From an uncultured bacterium (GTDB lineage: Bacteria; Armatimonadota; HRBIN16): a stretch of DNA of 59,444 nucleotides. The position numbers and the translations under genes are program-made. Each line of letters begins with the position of its first letter. Position 1 is the stretch's first letter. Where the stretch lies: the NCBI GenBank assembly GCA_964535125.1, contig CAZHSN010000002.1:1-59444 (forward strand), written 5' to 3'. Shown piece after piece: positions 56,349-59,444 of the stretch. The notes below the pieces were generated by a model. It did no database searches, was not told the DNA's origin, and saw only the letters and a list, made by a program, of their open reading frames with translations.

Positions 56349-59078
56349 TTACCTCCCGGTGATGCCGATGTGCAGCGCCGAACCTGGCAAGACCGTAACG
56401 GCTTCCGGAAATGTGATCACCGGTCCGCTGCGGGTTGCCCGCACACGGGTATCACCGCAACGGACGCTCAGATCTCCCTGCGGCAGATCGGCCAGTTCCA
56501 GGCGGTTCAACACAAGCTGGCCACAGGTGACCTCCAGCCAGAAGCGGCCGTCATGTGGTGCCTGTGCGTACCGGCCCCATCCGGAATCGGCGGACCAGAA
56601 CGTCGTCCACTCCGGGGCGCTGATCCGGGGCGCGAAGCGCATCCATCCCTCCGGGGCGCTGTATCCGTAGCCATCCAGCGCGAGCTTTACCGACCAGGAC
56701 GCCAACGCTCTGGCGTAGTGATGGCCGCACTCCACGTGGTTCCACGGGTTGCGGTTATGGCCGCTGTATCGGTCAGTGATGGCCTGCACAACCGCCAGCC
56801 CTTCGTCCACATGTCCTTCGTAGATCAAATGAGCGGCCACCTGGAACTCAATGCCTGTCCACGCCTCATCGCTGTAGACAAACGGCAAGGCCGGCCGGTT
56901 GCCATGAGGCCAGGTGCAGAGTAACAACGCGGACTCTTCGGGCAGGGCGTAAACACGCTGTACATTGGCAAACGATCCCATGGGATGACGGGTGTTGTAC
57001 GTGTAGATCGCTTTCACAGCGCTGCGGACATGTGCCGGATCGAGCAGATAACCGAGGTTGTATACATGTGCAGCCCACTGTCCCAGCAACTGATCGGCAA
57101 GGCATCCCGCTCCGTACTGGTACTTGGGATACGCATCAGCAGCAGAAAGCGGTGTCTGGCGCGGTTGCCCGTTACTGCGGCAGGAACAGCTCACCGGCGA
57201 TGGGCTGGCCAGATGCGCGGGAATAGTGACCTCCGGTATGACCTGAACGTGTTGCTCGTAGTACTCGCCGTTAAACAATGTCGCGTCCACACGGTCACGG
57301 CCGCTCGTGTATTTGGCTTCATACACCCGTGCGGCCTCATCGTCCCCCAGCGCTTTGGCCATCCGCGATGCGGCGCGTAACGCGCCCAGATACATCACCG
57401 TGCACAGGGTGTTCGGCCCGAAGAACTCAATGTCATAGGTATTGTGCTGTTCGCCTTCCATCACGCCGTCGCCGTCCGGGTCCCACAACGAATCGATCAC
57501 ATGCCCTTCCGGAGTGCGTTCCATCTTATCGGGTGTCATGGTCCATGCGTATTCCAGCGTGCGCTTAACATGAGGCCAGAGCGAGCGCAGAAAGGCCGTG
57601 TCGCCGCTCAGTTGCCAGTCTCTGTATACTTGCATGATGGCGCCCAGTTGCCCGTCCGCACACGGCTTGAAGTTCATCAGGCCGTTTCCCGGCGGCAAGT
57701 GGGACCGAAACGCCATGTTACCCGACTCGCGCGTGTTATACAGGAACTCGGTACTTCGCATGGAGCGCTCGAGACTGGGGAACAGGAAGGCCAGGGTCTG
57801 TTCGTAGTTCCAGACATGCGTGCAACTGCCCATGCAACAACCGCAGGTATCTCCGCAGCCTTCCCATGCCACAAACAGCCGCTCGTCCAACAGCAGGCAC
57901 GTGGGTGAGCGGATAATGCTGACTTGAGAACCGACCGCCTCAATGACGCGGGACGGAAGGCTGGAGGCATACAGTGCATCGCGCCACGCGTCGGTATGCG
58001 CGCGCAGCGTACACAGGTTGTCCAGCAGCGTGTCTGCAGCCCTGCGTGCGTTCGTGAAGCGCGCACCCGCCCAGGTGCGCAGCAAGGGCACTTGCGGTGC
58101 TTGAGGCGCCTGCCACGGGTTCGCCATCCAGGGCCACAACCAACTCATTACGACAGGAATGGTGACAAACTGTCCTGCCGGGATGGCGGCGTGCATCAGC
58201 AGCGTCGCGGTTTCTCCACTCTGCGGCGCCGGCTCTCCTTCACGGGGTCCCTCCGGCCGACCTGTGGTGGAGAACGCATCCCAAAACAGGTGGCAGCCGT
58301 CCCACCATCCGCCCCGGTACCAGCGGCTCAATCCTTCTGTGTCGGGCCACTCGGTGCAAAGGCACAGCGAGCCGGTGTCGGCGTCTTCCGCGGGCGCCTG
58401 GGGGTGGTGTAATAGATATCCCTTCCGGCCGTTTTCGCAAAACCATTCGTTGATACTGCCGGCTGCGGTTCGCCCGCCGTCCGGTTTAGGGGCGGTACAG
58501 GGGTTACTGAGACACGCCGCCAATGTCACCTGAAGCGGCTGTTCTGTGGGGTTGGCGATCGTCCACTCAAACACAGCGAGCGGCAGTGAACTGGAGTCCA
58601 CGTCCAGAGGCACGAAGGGATTCCATGCCTGCAACTGTGCGGTCACGGGGACATCCGGATCGGACAGGCTCAGATGAGCGGTGGGGTATGTGCCGGTGAA
58701 CTCCGCGTTCTGAAACCGGGGCAACCCCTGCAGTTGCGCTTGGGGTTCGCCAAAGCCGCTTCGGTAGGGAGGGCGCAGAGCGCCCTCCAGGACTCGGCCG
58801 ATGCCCGGCTCACCCTCTGCGCTGACATGCAGAGCGAAGAATGTGAAGGGCAGCCAGGAGTTCTTGTTGGGTTTGTTATAGATCTCAATATCCCGCAGGT
58901 TACCCCGGCCACCCAGTGAGATGCATCCGGTGCCAATGCCGCCCAGTGGAAAAGCGATCTCCTCCAGCTGGCGGCCTGTGAAACGCCGCTGTGGGCCTGT
59001 AGCCCTTAAGATATCTGTTGGCCAGGGAACGTGATGCATCCGATCCTCCTGATTGTCATCTAGAGCGGTGTTCGGCAT
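56349..59078 (-). CDS. GH116-family beta-glucosidase / glucosylceramidase (GBA2-like)
   Basis: 909 aa. The GBA2-type N-domain is FPLGGIGTGCISLGGRGNLRDIEIYNKPNK...LPRFQNAEFTGTYPTAHLSL. The C-terminal domain is alpha/alpha-6-like (GYLLDPAHVRSA...NRNPWNHVECGHHYARA). Confidence 0.8.
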   Translation of the reverse strand: MPNTALDDNQEDRMHHVPWPTDILRATGPQRRFTGRQLEEIAFPLGGIGTGCISLGGRGNLRDIEIYNKPNKNSWLPFTFFALHVSAEGEPGIGRVLEGALRPPYRSGFGEPQAQLQGLPRFQNAEFTGTYPTAHLSLSDPDVPVTAQLQAWNPFVPLDVDSSSLPLAVFEWTIANPTEQPLQVTLAACLSNPCTAPKPDGGRTAAGSINEWFCENGRKGYLLHHPQAPAEDADTGSLCLCTEWPDTEGLSRWYRGGWWDGCHLFWDAFSTTGRPEGPREGEPAPQSGETATLLMHAAIPAGQFVTIPVVMSWLWPWMANPWQAPQAPQVPLLRTWAGARFTNARRAADTLLDNLCTLRAHTDAWRDALYASSLPSRVIEAVGSQVSIIRSPTCLLLDERLFVAWEGCGDTCGCCMGSCTHVWNYEQTLAFLFPSLERSMRSTEFLYNTRESGNMAFRSHLPPGNGLMNFKPCADGQLGAIMQVYRDWQLSGDTAFLRSLWPHVKRTLEYAWTMTPDKMERTPEGHVIDSLWDPDGDGVMEGEQHNTYDIEFFGPNTLCTVMYLGALRAASRMAKALGDDEAARVYEAKYTSGRDRVDATLFNGEYYEQHVQVIPEVTIPAHLASPSPVSCSCRSNGQPRQTPLSAADAYPKYQYGAGCLADQLLGQWAAHVYNLGYLLDPAHVRSAVKAIYTYNTRHPMGSFANVQRVYALPEESALLLCTWPHGNRPALPFVYSDEAWTGIEFQVAAHLIYEGHVDEGLAVVQAITDRYSGHNRNPWNHVECGHHYARALASWSVKLALDGYGYSAPEGWMRFAPRISAPEWTTFWSADSGWGRYAQAPHDGRFWLEVTCGQLVLNRLELADLPQGDLSVRCGDTRVRATRSGPVITFPEAVTVLPGSALHIGITGR

Positions 59079-59163
59079 GTGATGGTCGGATTCCTACTTT
59101 TACCGGCCGAATCCTGCATGTGTTCGGCAGCAGTAGGCAACAACACCGCAGATATGCCACGAT

Positions 59164-59444
59164 ATGACCATGAGCGGATCATCAGGTGCACGGCTGATCA
59201 TTAACGCCATAAGCAACTACATGCAGACCCTGCTGTCTGCGGTGGTGTTCTTCTTCTTTACCCCCTACATGGTGCGTACGGTGGGCGCTGAACACTTTGC
59301 GCTGTGGTCGCTGGTCTTTTCCGTGCTGGGTTTCTTTGGCTTGATGGATTTCGGGTTTGCCACCAGTGTGGTGAAATACGTCGCCGAAGCCCGGTGCAGC
59401 GGCGACCTGGCGCGACGGAACCGCATTCTGAGCACGATCGCTAT
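59164..59444 (+). CDS. Polysaccharide flippase (MOP/Wzx superfamily), N-terminal fragment running off the window
   Basis: MTMSGSSGARLIINAISNYMQTLLSAVVFFFFTPYMVRTVGAEHFALWSLVFSVLGFFGLMDFGFATSVVKYV is a typical N-terminus for an oligosaccharide flippase. Confidence 0.6.
   Translation, partial: MTMSGSSGARLIINAISNYMQTLLSAVVFFFFTPYMVRTVGAEHFALWSLVFSVLGFFGLMDFGFATSVVKYVAEARCSGDLARRNRILSTIA

Overview
High-GC bacterial chromosomal segment of 59.4 kb, densely coding, with about 50 supportable CDS. I found no rRNA, tRNA, CRISPR array, transposase, integrase or recognisable defence genes. Housekeeping genes (ligA, tatD, mtaB-like, gmk-coaBC, def-fmt, rnc, an aspartate aminotransferase, ychF) alternate with accessory carbohydrate and anaerobic-metabolism loci. 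Gene starts often have AGGAGG-type RBSs, and about 12 gene junctions are 4-nt ATGA/GTGA/TTGA overlaps. Long antisense ORFs in the six-frame track are typical high-GC shadow ORFs and were rejected. Five observations stand out. (1) The peptide deformylase gene has a single in-frame TGA exactly at the metal-ligand Cys codon of the EGCLS motif, with a GC-rich hairpin just downstream. This is either a selenocysteine candidate or a TGC/TGT-to-TGA lesion or sequencing error. (2) An AraC-controlled module encodes a Zn-dependent MDR dehydrogenase, an unusually compact glycyl radical enzyme (697 aa, at most 727 aa; Cys355-x-Glu357 and Gly674 motifs intact) and its radical-SAM activase. It has no microcompartment genes. 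(3) That module continues on the same strand into three giant secreted proteins of unrecognised families. One has an NPCBM-like domain, and the other two are tandem paralogs, one carrying a dockerin-like tail. (4) A PdtaS/PdtaR-like GAF kinase and REC-ANTAR regulator pair is translationally coupled to a coiled-coil zinc-ribbon protein. (5) A second AraC-associated region contains ThuA-like and MDR dehydrogenase genes plus a ceramidase-like and GH116 gene pair. All functional calls come from motif and family recognition by eye. No database search was run.
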